The notes beneath the pieces were generated by a model, which was given only the letters and a program-made list of their open reading frames with translations, did not search any database and was not told the DNA's origin. A stretch of DNA of 64,000 bases from a virus (lineage: Duplodnaviria > Caudoviricetes). The stretch covers positions 32,001 to 96,000 of the IMG/VR virus record IMGVR_UViG_3300046786_000293; one strand, 5' to 3'. The position numbers and the translations under genes are program-made. This document shows, in pieces, positions 1-10,225 of this stretch; the first letter of the stretch is position 1; every line of letters starts with the position of its first letter.

Positions 1-2
1 CT

Positions 3-728
3 AAATTTTTTTAATTTGTCTATGAATTCTTGATCTAATATAGTTCCATTAGTTACAAAGCTGATACTAATACCAGTTCTGTTTGTATCAATTAAATAAT
101 CCACTAATTGCTTGAATCTTTTACTAAGCATAGGCTCACCGCCCATTAGATGCAATCTATTAATATTCGAATTATCTACACTAATTAAAAAGTTATTCCA
201 ACTTGTATCGTCATTGGTCCAATTTTTCCTACGTTCAAAAGGTAAGCCCCACGTAGTATACTTCGAGGCAATCTGACTACTGGCGTTAGGGTTGCACATT
301 TTACAACTTAGATTACATTCATTACCTAAATCAACATGCCAGTCAATTGGTGGAGATTGATCTCTATCTGGTGCTTCAAATTTATCAATCCATGGACTTT
401 GTATGTAACTTTTATCAAATGCCTGTTTTGTAAATATTACACTTTTAAAGTTTTCTTTAATGCGCCTACTTTCGTAGCCAATGGATTCTTCATAGTAACA
501 TCTTTTACATATAGATAATTCTTTGTCTCCAGTGATATTATTTCTAATCTCTTTCATAGGCTTAGAATTATACCATTCAATTACTGTCATTTTTGACAGA
601 TTATATTCGTCTTTAAGATCATCTCTGTAAGGTCTATGTTGCTCGCTACAACATGTTCCGAGACTTCCATCCCAATATATATGAGCATTAGTCCATGGGA
701 CATTACAGAAAATTTTTGAATTAGACAT
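3..728 (-). CDS. Radical SAM protein with N-terminal twitch/SPASM-like Cys cluster (partial, runs off window start)
   Basis: Manual translation: MSNSKIFCNVPW...GTCC...CKRCYYEE...HVDLGNECNLSCKMCNP (CxxxCxxC)...HLMGGEP...FVTNGT. Absent from the ORF track because there is no stop in the window. Confidence 0.9.
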   Translation of the reverse strand, partial: MSNSKIFCNVPWTNAHIYWDGSLGTCCSEQHRPYRDDLKDEYNLSKMTVIEWYNSKPMKEIRNNITGDKELSICKRCYYEESIGYESRRIKENFKSVIFTKQAFDKSYIQSPWIDKFEAPDRDQSPPIDWHVDLGNECNLSCKMCNPNASSQIASKYTTWGLPFERRKNWTNDDTSWNNFLISVDNSNINRLHLMGGEPMLSKRFKQLVDYLIDTNRTGISISFVTNGTILDQEFIDKLKKF

Positions 729-759
729 GAATTAAGTAAAACAAAATATCGATATTAAA

Positions 760-1482
760 TTAAGAATCGAAATTAATACTAATTACGTGCTCGTAGTTTT
801 TCTTAATAAGACTCTTGTACATTAAATTTTTATGCACTAAAAAGTTAGTAGCGCCAGCGTCCATACTAAATTTGGCTAGCTGTTTAAAAAATAAAGCACG
901 ACGATTAAAGATTCCGCCGCAAGTGGATTCTAAACCGCTTAATTTATATACTGCGGTTTGCCAAAGTGTTTTATCACGTTGATCCCAGTCATGAATTTCG
1001 GTAAACGCTGTTAGATTATTGTTTGCTTTAATAATAGCAGGTTGACTATATTCACGATCTTTAAAGTCTTGATTTTTATAATCCTTAACTGTGGTTATAA
1101 TAGTACCGGTACTCGAATTACATAAATGTTCAATTGCTCTCTGTTGATCTTGTTCATTACCAAAGAATGTCAGATACTCGTCGAACGCAATTACACAGTC
1201 AAATTTCTTTGTTTCGCTAGCAGAATATTGTTTAACATTTATACCTTGTTGGTGTATCCAATCAATGACTGGTGGGTTAACTTCGTCTATATAAATTTCT
1301 TTAGCACTAATGCTTAAGATTGCAGGATTAAATCCGATGAACAATACCGAGTCAGCCGAGGTATTGTAATATTCAAAAATTCTGTCAACAATTTCTTGTT
1401 TACGATCAATAATGTCTTTTCTTTTATTATGCAGACAAAACGCATTGAAAATAATGTCATTGTAATTAGCAAATTGAGTCAT
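760..1482 (-). CDS. Hypothetical protein, possibly a degenerate class I SAM-methyltransferase fold
   Basis: 240-aa ORF; weak motif-I-like SVLFIGFNP and motif-IV-like FDCVIAFDEY. Confidence 0.4.
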   Translation of the reverse strand: MTQFANYNDIIFNAFCLHNKRKDIIDRKQEIVDRIFEYYNTSADSVLFIGFNPAILSISAKEIYIDEVNPPVIDWIHQQGINVKQYSASETKKFDCVIAFDEYLTFFGNEQDQQRAIEHLCNSSTGTIITTVKDYKNQDFKDREYSQPAIIKANNNLTAFTEIHDWDQRDKTLWQTAVYKLSGLESTCGGIFNRRALFFKQLAKFSMDAGATNFLVHKNLMYKSLIKKNYEHVISINFDS

Positions 1483-1505
1483 ATTATTGTTTTTATACCA
1501 ATAAC

Positions 1506-2525
1506 TTATTTATTGGATTCTCTATATAAGTCCAAGGTCACACAATGAAACCCGCCGCCTAATGTGCGACTATGTCTTAGTTCCAAGGGAATTACTTCTA
1601 TACCAAATTTATCTAATGTATCCATTAATTTTGTTTGATTACGGTCAACAATTACAGTTTTGGGATCAACACTAAGCATATTAAGTGCAATCCACTTACT
1701 AGCATAGGGATATTGATAAAACGACTGTGCAACTACATCGTCAACCCAAATCTTTTCCCAATCGTCGAATAGCTTAGGACAATTATCGGAGTTAACTCTA
1801 CTGGCATTTAGTACTACAAGTCCGTCACGCAATACAGTTATTGTACTATCTATGTGGGCATAGGCGTATAGGTTATCGATAACATGGACTCGATATTTTT
1901 CACCTAAGACATTTTGTAACCATCTAGCACCCAGTCTATTCCCACTGTTGCTAACAAGGTACAAAATATCATTGTTATGTCTAAGTATATTAGCAGCATC
2001 AAATATAGGTTCTCTATCGCTTAAGACAATGTTATTATCTTGTATATAATTTTCCTGTAATAGCAACCTAGGACGGGGGGCCGCAATCCAGCGTACATCG
2101 TCTTGGTAAGCACTTTGCTTAATTTTCCAATAAGCATTAGCTTCCATTTGACGAGCACGATAAGCCATGGGAGCTTCGATTACCAAATCATCTACTACTA
2201 ATAATACATCACGGGGACAATAATTATACATGCCATCGGTTTCCCATTCATGTGTACGTACAATGTGGCCATGATCTAAGTCTTTAGGTCTATATACATC
2301 AACGCCAAAACTTTTTAAAGTATTGGCAAGATTGTCTAGATCTTCATTTGCTTCATCGATTATATGTTGTGGGAATCTTCCTTTTGGGTGCGGAGTTTCT
2401 TTCCATCCAGTTATTTCCCAATTATATGCAAATATTTCATCATACTCGGGAAACCGTGCCCCAGTGGCATCCCCCACAATGCAGGTTTTTAACGTATCAT
2501 ATTCATTGCAACTTTTAATCTTCAT
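1506..2525 (-). CDS. Amidinotransferase (glycine / inosamine-phosphate amidinotransferase family)
   Basis: Motifs YNYCPRD, FDAAN, HIDST (catalytic His/Asp) and GGGFHCVTLD (catalytic Cys). Confidence 0.9.
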   Translation of the reverse strand: MKIKSCNEYDTLKTCIVGDATGARFPEYDEIFAYNWEITGWKETPHPKGRFPQHIIDEANEDLDNLANTLKSFGVDVYRPKDLDHGHIVRTHEWETDGMYNYCPRDVLLVVDDLVIEAPMAYRARQMEANAYWKIKQSAYQDDVRWIAAPRPRLLLQENYIQDNNIVLSDREPIFDAANILRHNNDILYLVSNSGNRLGARWLQNVLGEKYRVHVIDNLYAYAHIDSTITVLRDGLVVLNASRVNSDNCPKLFDDWEKIWVDDVVAQSFYQYPYASKWIALNMLSVDPKTVIVDRNQTKLMDTLDKFGIEVIPLELRHSRTLGGGFHCVTLDLYRESNK

Positions 2526-3043
2526 TTATGTCCTGTGATTTGCAATGTATATCTTGGCAAATTTCCAAGATTAGCAGCCATATGCGGAGTATTATATCTC
2601 CAAATTAAACAATCACCTGCTCGCCAATTAACAAAAGGTTCCCCGTTAAGTTCTGTATAATGTCCCGATTGCCAATCTTCTAAGAAAACTATGGCTCTAT
2701 AGATCCAATGCTCACTGCCCTGTAGTTTAAAAAGATCTATGTATTTTTTATACAAGTCAGAATGATTAGGCAGAACCGTGCCAGCATCCATACGATAGTA
2801 ACTAGTCCCAATATCTTGCCAACCTTTAGCCTCAAAAAAATCAATAAATCTTTTATTCCAACTTGGTTGCGGTTCTCGCATGTCACACATATATCCAGTA
2901 AAGGGACCGCTAAATCCTTGACTTACCCAGTTGCTTATACTGTCGGGATCATTGAAAGGTTCACGAGTATAATTCAATGATGTATACTCGTCGTCCCAAA
3001 ACTTTTGTATATGTATTTTATTACTGACGTCTAGTGTTTCCAT
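2522..3043 (-). CDS. 2OG-Fe(II) oxygenase / cupin-fold hydroxylase
   Basis: HxD (HSD), distal His (PHMAAN) and Arg (RYTLQIT). Confidence 0.7.
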   Translation of the reverse strand: METLDVSNKIHIQKFWDDEYTSLNYTREPFNDPDSISNWVSQGFSGPFTGYMCDMREPQPSWNKRFIDFFEAKGWQDIGTSYYRMDAGTVLPNHSDLYKKYIDLFKLQGSEHWIYRAIVFLEDWQSGHYTELNGEPFVNWRAGDCLIWRYNTPHMAANLGNLPRYTLQITGHK

Positions 3044-4259
3044 AATGGATTACTTGAATAGTAGGAGTAGATTCTAGCTTGCGCCATGGATCAACAATTA
3101 CACTTCCATGTGCGATAAGGCAATAAGGTTGTGTTTTATCTTGTTCTCCCGTATATTCATACGTAATCTGACGATCATGTGCCCACAAATAAACCGCTGG
3201 GCCATGAACTTCCTTAACAACTTCAGTTGGATCGTCTGCTAACGGATCTACATAAACTACACTACGTCCTGCCGATTTAACATAATAACCCACCAATGTA
3301 CTATAACTTCCTATACAATATGGAACATCAGGTTTGTATGCTTTACCGTGAATCACGATAGGCAAATTAAATTTATTTGCTTGCTCGACTAGGAACAATG
3401 CTAAATTCTTTGCTTGTATTTCTCTGGCGTGCATGACGGTATCAAACAAGTCATATCCGATATCGTATTCTTGAGCAAGCCAGCGTAGAGCAATGTTATC
3501 ACGTGGATGACAAGCACCAGCATCGCCCATACCTGCTGTCATGTACTTAGGTCCCATAATACGCATGGTACTGCGAGCAAGAGCATTAGTAACAACATCA
3601 ACATTGATGTTACCAATCTTAAGTGCAAAGTCTTGAATCATGTTTACTAGTCCAACTTTAGCACTAATGAATGTATTGTAAAAAATTTTAATTGCTTCAC
3701 ATTCGTCCCATGTACCAATTTCATAACGAGGATTGTTTTGCATAACTGTGTCATACAATGCACGAAGTTCTCCAGCTAATGCGTTAGGATTCCCGTCCTC
3801 GGTACCGATCATGATCATTTCAGGATTAACCATGTCCCATTTTACTGAACCCATGGCAATCAAGTAAGGGTTATACAAGAATTGATGTTTTGCATCCAAT
3901 CTTGGAAAGAAATGTTTGCGAGTGGTGCCAGGCAAAACTGTGCTAATTAATACAATCTTTTTGCTAGTTTTAGCATATTTGTTGATATTATCAATAGCAC
4001 TAAGAACAGCGTCGTGTCCGAAATCTTTAGGAGTCATATGACTACTAGGTACGCTGCCGTCGTAACCTTCTGCATGTGGGGTTGGTACTGCAATAAAAAT
4101 CCATTCTGCATTATCGACTAGTTCTTCGATACCACAAACTTTTACAGTGTTACTGGTTCTTGGGTAAATATCATATCCCCAGACTTCATGTTTTTCGGCC
4201 ATAACCTCAGCACAGTCTAACCCTAGTTTACCGATTCCAATAAATCCAATTTTACTCAT
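3021..4259 (-). CDS. UDP-glucose/GDP-mannose dehydrogenase family
   Basis: MSKIGFIGIGKLG Rossmann motif, FIAVPTP, STVLPGT, YNPYLIA, GDAGACHPRD catalytic Cys. Start at 4259 with SD AAGGA, not the 4319 start in the track. Confidence 0.9.
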   Translation of the reverse strand: MSKIGFIGIGKLGLDCAEVMAEKHEVWGYDIYPRTSNTVKVCGIEELVDNAEWIFIAVPTPHAEGYDGSVPSSHMTPKDFGHDAVLSAIDNINKYAKTSKKIVLISTVLPGTTRKHFFPRLDAKHQFLYNPYLIAMGSVKWDMVNPEMIMIGTEDGNPNALAGELRALYDTVMQNNPRYEIGTWDECEAIKIFYNTFISAKVGLVNMIQDFALKIGNINVDVVTNALARSTMRIMGPKYMTAGMGDAGACHPRDNIALRWLAQEYDIGYDLFDTVMHAREIQAKNLALFLVEQANKFNLPIVIHGKAYKPDVPYCIGSYSTLVGYYVKSAGRSVVYVDPLADDPTEVVKEVHGPAVYLWAHDRQITYEYTGEQDKTQPYCLIAHGSVIVDPWRKLESTPTIQVIHYGNTRRQ

Positions 4260-4261
4260 TG

Positions 4262-5449
4262 ATGTTTTCCTTAGATAATTTCTATTACATATTATACGCA
4301 AATTTGTTAAAACCTGCAAACTTATACTCTTTATATTTCTATCCTTTTGGTAGCACTAGCAGTGAGAACATTTGCCAAGACTTTAGCAGTATTAGACCAA
4401 ATTGGGATAATAACATATTTCAGCACTGTTTGTATTACGATCAAGAACCATTGATAAAACAACATTTTGAAAAACTTAACTATCCCCAAAGATACCATTT
4501 GTTTTTTACAAACAAGTATTGTAAATTATTAGCCAATAGCGAACATTCACTTTTTAAGAAACAAATCTGCAAAGAAAACGGTTACATAGATTGGTACTAC
4601 TTTTTCCATGGATTTGCTGCACTTGATTGGTATAGAGATTTTCAGTATTTTCCGTCAGTCGAATATCAAATTACAAAGATATTTATATCACTAAATCGCC
4701 TGACAACAAAAGACAGAAGTTATAGACTTTTACTAGCAAGTCATTTAATAAATGAAAACTTATTAGAAAAAGGACATGTTAGTTTGAGTCTCGATGATGT
4801 GGGACTAGGAACATGGCAAGATGAATTAACTTACAAATATAGTAAATTGCCAGAGCATACTGTTCCGTTTGTAAAAGAGCAAATTAGTAAATTACCAGGG
4901 TCTTTAACTTTAGATCAAAAGAATCCGCAAGGAGATTTGAGTTCAAAGTTTGATCAACACAGTATAAGAATTAGTCAAGAAGCACTTTGGCATGTTGTTA
5001 CTGAAACTGTGTTTTATTATGATAAATTACATTTAACTGAAAAAATATTCAAACCAATAGTACATCGACGACCTTTTATTCTTGTGGCGGCGCCAGGCAA
5101 TTTAGCATATCTAAAAAGTTATGGATTTAAAACTTTTGATAGGTGGATCAACGAAAGTTACGACAACGAAAAAGATCCTGCTAAACGAATAGAGATGATT
5201 GTCTACGAACTTAAAAAACTTTGCCAACTCTCGATGCCAGAAATTAATTTAATGTACGAAGAAATGAAAGAAATACTAGAATACAATTTCAATCATTTCT
5301 ATGGCCAGTTTAAAACTCTTATAGCAAATGAATTAGTAGATAACTTCGATGGCTGTATAAGACAATGGAATAACGGACGAGTTGACGGCAGAACCGTGAA
5401 TATTAGTAATATAGACTTAGATAAAATTAAAAAATTATTGGGTCAATAA
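4262..5449 (+). CDS. Glycosyltransferase-like phage protein
   Basis: C-terminal VVTETV...LTEKIFKPI...PFIL...LKSYGFKTF...ESYD pattern, typical of GT-B-like proteins in large phage glycan clusters. Confidence 0.55.
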   Translation: MFSLDNFYYILYANLLKPANLYSLYFYPFGSTSSENICQDFSSIRPNWDNNIFQHCLYYDQEPLIKQHFEKLNYPQRYHLFFTNKYCKLLANSEHSLFKKQICKENGYIDWYYFFHGFAALDWYRDFQYFPSVEYQITKIFISLNRLTTKDRSYRLLLASHLINENLLEKGHVSLSLDDVGLGTWQDELTYKYSKLPEHTVPFVKEQISKLPGSLTLDQKNPQGDLSSKFDQHSIRISQEALWHVVTETVFYYDKLHLTEKIFKPIVHRRPFILVAAPGNLAYLKSYGFKTFDRWINESYDNEKDPAKRIEMIVYELKKLCQLSMPEINLMYEEMKEILEYNFNHFYGQFKTLIANELVDNFDGCIRQWNNGRVDGRTVNISNIDLDKIKKLLGQ

Positions 5450-5452
5450 ATA
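5447..5452 (+). promoter_or_regulatory. T4-like late promoter core (TAAATA) upstream of aceA
   Basis: AATAAATAC overlaps the upstream stop, 42 nt before the aceA ATG; the same hexamer recurs before many genes in the window. Confidence 0.65.
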
Positions 5453-5494
5453 CATTATCAATGAATTTTAAGATTTAACTTTAAGGAAACTGAA

Positions 5495-6703
5495 ATGAAA
5501 AAACGCAACTATACTGTCGACGACGTTCGTCGGCTCCAAGGTAGTGTTCAGATCGAACATACATTAGCAAAGCGTGGCGCCGCAAAGCTTCGCACATTGC
5601 TAGCTACAGAACCTTATATAAACACCTTAGGTGCCTATAACGGTCAGATGGCGGTACAACATGCTAAAGCCGGATTAAAAGCAATTTACCTAAGCGGATG
5701 GCAAGTAGCTGGCGCAAATAACACAGCTAATCAAACATACCCCGATCAGTCATTATATCCAGTTGACTCAGTACCACGTGTGGTGAAAGGCATTAACAAT
5801 GCTTTCCGTCGTGCTGACCAAATCGAAACATTAGAAGGCAGTGTTACTACAGATTATTTTCTTCCTATTGTTGCTGATGCAGAAGCAGGATTCGGCGGTG
5901 CATTAAACGCATACGAATTAATGGCTGCAATGATTGAAGCAGGTGCTGCTGGTGTTCACTTTGAAGATCAACTAGCCAGTGAAAAGAAATGTGGTCATTT
6001 AGGTGGTAAGGTTCTCGTACCAACAAGTCAGATGATTCGTACACTTAACGCCGCACGTTTAGCCGCAGATGTTGCTGGTGTAGACACAGTTATCATGGCA
6101 CGTACAGACGCAGAAAGTGCCACATTAATCACTAGCGATCATGACCCACTAGATAAGGATTTTATTATTAATGAGCGTACTGAAGAAGGCTTTTATAAAT
6201 TTAAAAATGGTATCGATGCTTGTATTAGCAGAGGTCTTGCTTATGCCCCTTACGCTGATCTCTTATGGTTCGAAACTAGTACGCCTGATATCGCACAGGC
6301 TAAGAAGTTTGCTGATGCCATCCACGCTAAGTATCCTGACCAAATGCTTGCTTATAACTGTAGTCCTAGTTTTAATTGGCGCAAGTTTTTAAGCGAAGAT
6401 GAATGCGAAACATTTCAGCGTGAACTGGGTGAATTAGGTTACAAGTTCCAATTCATTACTCTTGCTGGTTTCCACTCTGTGAACCTTGCTACCTTTGAAT
6501 TAGCCGAAGCCTATAAGGATCGTGGTATGGCTGGCTATAGTGAAATGCAACAACGTGAGTTTGCTGCACAGGAGCGCGGATTTACTACCGTTAAACACCA
6601 ACGTGAAGTTGGCGTTAGCTACTTTGATGCAATTAGCACAGCAGTAGGTGCTACTTCTACTGTTGCTAATAAAACATCAACAGAAGCGGATCAATTTCAT
6701 TAA
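5495..6703 (+). CDS. aceA: Isocitrate lyase
   Basis: [37 protein letters not shown] catalytic loop, [21 protein letters not shown]. Confidence 0.97.
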   Translation: MKKRNYTVDDVRRLQGSVQIEHTLAKRGAAKLRTLLATEPYINTLGAYNGQMAVQHAKAGLKAIYLSGWQVAGANNTANQTYPDQSLYPVDSVPRVVKGINNAFRRADQIETLEGSVTTDYFLPIVADAEAGFGGALNAYELMAAMIEAGAAGVHFEDQLASEKKCGHLGGKVLVPTSQMIRTLNAARLAADVAGVDTVIMARTDAESATLITSDHDPLDKDFIINERTEEGFYKFKNGIDACISRGLAYAPYADLLWFETSTPDIAQAKKFADAIHAKYPDQMLAYNCSPSFNWRKFLSEDECETFQRELGELGYKFQFITLAGFHSVNLATFELAEAYKDRGMAGYSEMQQREFAAQERGFTTVKHQREVGVSYFDAISTAVGATSTVANKTSTEADQFH

Positions 6704-7404
6704 TGTCTGAATTAATATTCACTTTAATAGTAACACACATTACCATAGTGTGTGTTACATTATTTTTACATCGTGGGCAAGCGCATAAAGGAATAATCTT
6801 TCACCCAATACTAAGTCATTTTATGCGTTTTTGGTTATGGTTAACTACTGGTATGGTTACCAAGCAGTGGGTAGCTATACATCGCAAGCATCATCGATAC
6901 AGTGATGAGCCAGGAGATCCGCATAGTCCGCATGTTTTTGGTATATGGAACGTATTGTTTCGAGGAGCAGGTTTGTATCATGAAGCATCGAAAGATAAAG
7001 ATATGGTTAATACATATGGTGTTGGCACTCCTGATGATTGGGTGGAGCGCAACATATACACGCCTCACAGTAGACTTGGCATTGGCATTCTCCTTGTGCT
7101 CAACTGCTGGATTTGGGGTTGGGCTGGTGCCTTGATATGGCTAGTGCAAATGATTTGGATTCCATTTTGGGCGGCGGGTGTAATTAATGGCCTGGGCCAC
7201 TGGATAGGATATAGAAATGGAAGAACCCAAGATAAATCTAAAAATATTTCTCCAATTGGTATTATCATTGGTGGCGAGTGCCTTCACAATAACCACCATC
7301 TTGATCCTGCTAACCCGAAACTGAGCCGTCGTTGGTTTGAATTTGATATTGGTTGGATGTGGCTTAGTATATTTAGATTCTGCAGACTGGCTCGACTGCG
7401 TTAA
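6703..7404 (+). CDS. Membrane acyl-CoA / fatty acid desaturase
   Basis: Three His boxes (HRGQAH, HRKHH, HNNHH), FDIGW and TM segments; TAATG overlap with the aceA stop. Confidence 0.92.
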   Translation: MSELIFTLIVTHITIVCVTLFLHRGQAHKGIIFHPILSHFMRFWLWLTTGMVTKQWVAIHRKHHRYSDEPGDPHSPHVFGIWNVLFRGAGLYHEASKDKDMVNTYGVGTPDDWVERNIYTPHSRLGIGILLVLNCWIWGWAGALIWLVQMIWIPFWAAGVINGLGHWIGYRNGRTQDKSKNISPIGIIIGGECLHNNHHLDPANPKLSRRWFEFDIGWMWLSIFRFCRLARLR

Positions 7405-7604
7405 ACTTTACACATTGTAATATTAGAAATAATTTGTTTCCACTCATCTTCTTTGCCAGCAATAAACGAAGGGAAATAATATGTTTGTAACCATATATTC
7501 ATATAGTAATCGAACCAAATTCCCATTAACCCGTCTGTGTATTGAACAAACGGGTTAGTCATGAGAATGTTAGAATATTCTGCGATTAAAGAACGGTTAA
7601 ACAT
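7401..7604 (-). CDS. Hypothetical protein
   Basis: 67-aa ORF with TAAATA 4 nt upstream of ATG. Confidence 0.55.
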   Translation of the reverse strand: MFNRSLIAEYSNILMTNPFVQYTDGLMGIWFDYYMNIWLQTYYFPSFIAGKEDEWKQIISNITMCKV

Positions 7605-7619
7605 TACCTATTTACCGAT

Positions 7620-7775
7620 CTATTGTTCAATGTTTTTTGATAGTTTATTTGTTTCAATGGTTTTTGTTTCTATTCTTATTTCTACAGAAGTTGAATCGAC
7701 AGCTTTTTGAATCTTGCCAGCTGACCACCAACCAAATGAAGTAACAAACCCTATGATAAAATATGTTGTATACAT
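7620..7775 (-). CDS. Small membrane-anchored protein (51 aa, not in ORF track)
   Basis: MYTTYFIIGFVTSFGWWSAGKIQKAVD...; ATG overlaps the upstream TAA (TAATG). Confidence 0.55.
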   Translation of the reverse strand: MYTTYFIIGFVTSFGWWSAGKIQKAVDSTSVEIRIETKTIETNKLSKNIEQ

Positions 7776-8362
7776 TACTTGTTTGCTAAAGGATTATCGA
7801 TAGCTTTCTGAATTTTGTTGTCAACTTCTTTCTTTAATGTTTCTACTTCTCGAGAAATTTCTCTACGAGCATCGGCCATTTCTTTGCGGATTGCATTAAC
7901 TTCTGCACGAGCTTTGTCTAGGTCTTCTCGTACATCTTTACGTGCTTGACGCATTTCTTGTTCAGTTTCGCGCTGAGCTTGCTTGACACTACGCTCAACT
8001 TGTTCAGTTACAGTTTCGTTACGACGAATATCAGTCTTTAAGTCGTTCTTGATGTCGCGGGTGTAATCGCTAGTTTTTGTGCTAGTTTCCTCAATTACTG
8101 CTAGTCGCTTGTCGAATCCCGTCAAATCTGGTGCAGCATATTCGGCAATCTTTTTCTTCATACCTACGTAATCTTTATAAACCTCAAAAGCACCGTATAG
8201 TCCACCTAATGTACTACTTACAATAGTAAATGCTACCATTAGTTTTGCCGGTGTAAATTCATAACCGCCAATACTTATAACTGTATCTTTACTAGCGTAT
8301 TTTTTTGCCGCTGCTTCTAATTCGTCAACTTTTTTATTAACGTCTTTAATTTCTTCTCCCAT
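7775..8362 (-). CDS. Single-TM coiled-coil protein
   Basis: TM segment LMVAFTIVSSTLGGLYGAF followed by a long charged heptad region; SD GGAG. Confidence 0.75.
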   Translation of the reverse strand: MGEEIKDVNKKVDELEAAAKKYASKDTVISIGGYEFTPAKLMVAFTIVSSTLGGLYGAFEVYKDYVGMKKKIAEYAAPDLTGFDKRLAVIEETSTKTSDYTRDIKNDLKTDIRRNETVTEQVERSVKQAQRETEQEMRQARKDVREDLDKARAEVNAIRKEMADARREISREVETLKKEVDNKIQKAIDNPLANK

Positions 8363-8374
8363 TACTAGCTCCTT

Positions 8375-10225
8375 TTATTTGTTTTTATATTGTTCGTCAA
8401 CCATTTCTTGATGCACTCTGTCACTAGCGCCGGTTAGACCTCTCAGCAATCTTACATTATCTACAGTTTTTTGACCGCGATATAATTCTTCGGGTTTGTA
8501 AAAGTTTACGTCCTTTAGTGTCATGGATGTATAAAGATCATATCCCGGTGGCATTTTTGCAATAGATGCAATAGAAACTGATCCGGCTGCATCGTTGTCT
8601 TGTACTTTACTGTTTACAGTAGATGTGTTTACACTAGATTGCATTTCATTTAAGTTATGCTTAGTGTTTACATATCCAGCTATAAAGTCTGTAGGCGAAC
8701 TCATGTCTATATTACGATTACTGTCAGACTCATTTAACTTTGGTGCTTCAGTCATCGGTGATGGTGATACAAAAATAGATGTTGTAAGCGGCGTAGAATT
8801 TATTGCTATATTAAGTCCTTGAGCAGGGTTTTCATTCTGTGCTATCGGAGCGGGCGGCAATAATTCATAACTACTCACAGTTGGTGTAACTACGTTTGAC
8901 CCAACATTTGTATTCACTGCAGGTGCAGGTTGTATTACCGGAGTATTAGTTTGTTGTGTATCTGTTGTAGTTGTTTGAGTGTTTGGTGGAAGCAAGACTG
9001 ATACTACAGGTTGCATTGCGCTGTTAGATCCAGCTTGTGGCGATGAAGCTGTAGTGTTTACGCCTGGTGATGGAGCACTATTAGCATTTGACGCACCGGG
9101 TAAACGTTCTGAGTTAATAGCAGAACTAGCTTGGCTTTGACTCAAAGCAATAGCTTGAGATTGCTCTACGGCTGTATTGGCAGCAGCATTGGCCAACGAT
9201 AAAGATTCACTAACTGATTTATCTTGTAATGCTTTTTCATTTGCTGCATTTTTTGCTATGACAGACAATGCATATGACGCCAATGAAGATTTGTCGTTAA
9301 GGTTAGTTCCCGCAGTAATACTAGCAGCAGATGCAGTTTCTGTCGTTTTATTGCTTTCTAATACCTTTGATAATATATCCGCAGATACTGCACTGGGTGG
9401 CGGGCCAGAAACTGTTGTAGTTTGTGTAACAGGTTGACTTTCTGTCACAGTTTGAGTTATTGCAATAGGTGAAGATGTAGATGACGTAGAAGATGTTGCA
9501 GGACCACTTAGCTTATTAAGGGCGTCTAAGAAGCCAGAACATGTAGGGCTATACAATGGATCTTTGATACAAGGATCAACGCTATATTTCAAGCTAAAAT
9601 TTACACCCTGAAGTTCAGGACCATATGGTCCAGCCCATCCATTGTTATCTTTACCTATGAATCCGTATTGAACTTGTCCTATTGATGTTGCTGACAATGG
9701 TGATGTGAATGTTTCTGAATAGTTAAAAGTTGTCCAGTCATATTTGTATGATAGATTATATGAATTGCCATATAATAAATTACTTGTACCTCTACCGCCT
9801 GTAGTATCCCAAAAACGAACCAATGCAGTCAATTGGTCAGTCATGCCGTTGTCCCACCCATTACCGTTTTTAGCAGTAAAACTAAAATTATATCCATTAA
9901 CTTGCAAGCCAGTGGAAGATGGCAAAATAGTAGATACATTTTGTTGTTGATAGATGTAAGTAGAACCGTAACTAAAGTTAATATTGTTACCGGGGCGAAT
10001 AATAGCATTAGGACCGCAATAGCCAGGGTCGCCCCATTGCCAGCAGGTTAAGCTACTCTGATAAACACCATTAACCCACGTGGATCCGCTACTGGTTGTT
10101 GTCTGTTGAACAATATTTCCAGTATTATATATTTGCCCTGGTACTAGTTCTTGACTATTAATTGAACCACTTGTTAACCAGGATGCCAATAAGAGCACCG
10201 AGGCCAACCTTCTGATAAGTGTCAT
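8375..10225 (-). CDS. Exported Ser/Thr/Gln-rich protein with N-terminal Cys/aromatic globular domain
   Basis: Signal-peptide-like MTLIRRLASVLLLASWLT; CWQWGDPGYCG and DPCIKDPLYSPTCSG; low-complexity middle. Confidence 0.7.
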   Translation of the reverse strand: MTLIRRLASVLLLASWLTSGSINSQELVPGQIYNTGNIVQQTTTSSGSTWVNGVYQSSLTCWQWGDPGYCGPNAIIRPGNNINFSYGSTYIYQQQNVSTILPSSTGLQVNGYNFSFTAKNGNGWDNGMTDQLTALVRFWDTTGGRGTSNLLYGNSYNLSYKYDWTTFNYSETFTSPLSATSIGQVQYGFIGKDNNGWAGPYGPELQGVNFSLKYSVDPCIKDPLYSPTCSGFLDALNKLSGPATSSTSSTSSPIAITQTVTESQPVTQTTTVSGPPPSAVSADILSKVLESNKTTETASAASITAGTNLNDKSSLASYALSVIAKNAANEKALQDKSVSESLSLANAAANTAVEQSQAIALSQSQASSAINSERLPGASNANSAPSPGVNTTASSPQAGSNSAMQPVVSVLLPPNTQTTTTDTQQTNTPVIQPAPAVNTNVGSNVVTPTVSSYELLPPAPIAQNENPAQGLNIAINSTPLTTSIFVSPSPMTEAPKLNESDSNRNIDMSSPTDFIAGYVNTKHNLNEMQSSVNTSTVNSKVQDNDAAGSVSIASIAKMPPGYDLYTSMTLKDVNFYKPEELYRGQKTVDNVRLLRGLTGASDRVHQEMVDEQYKNK

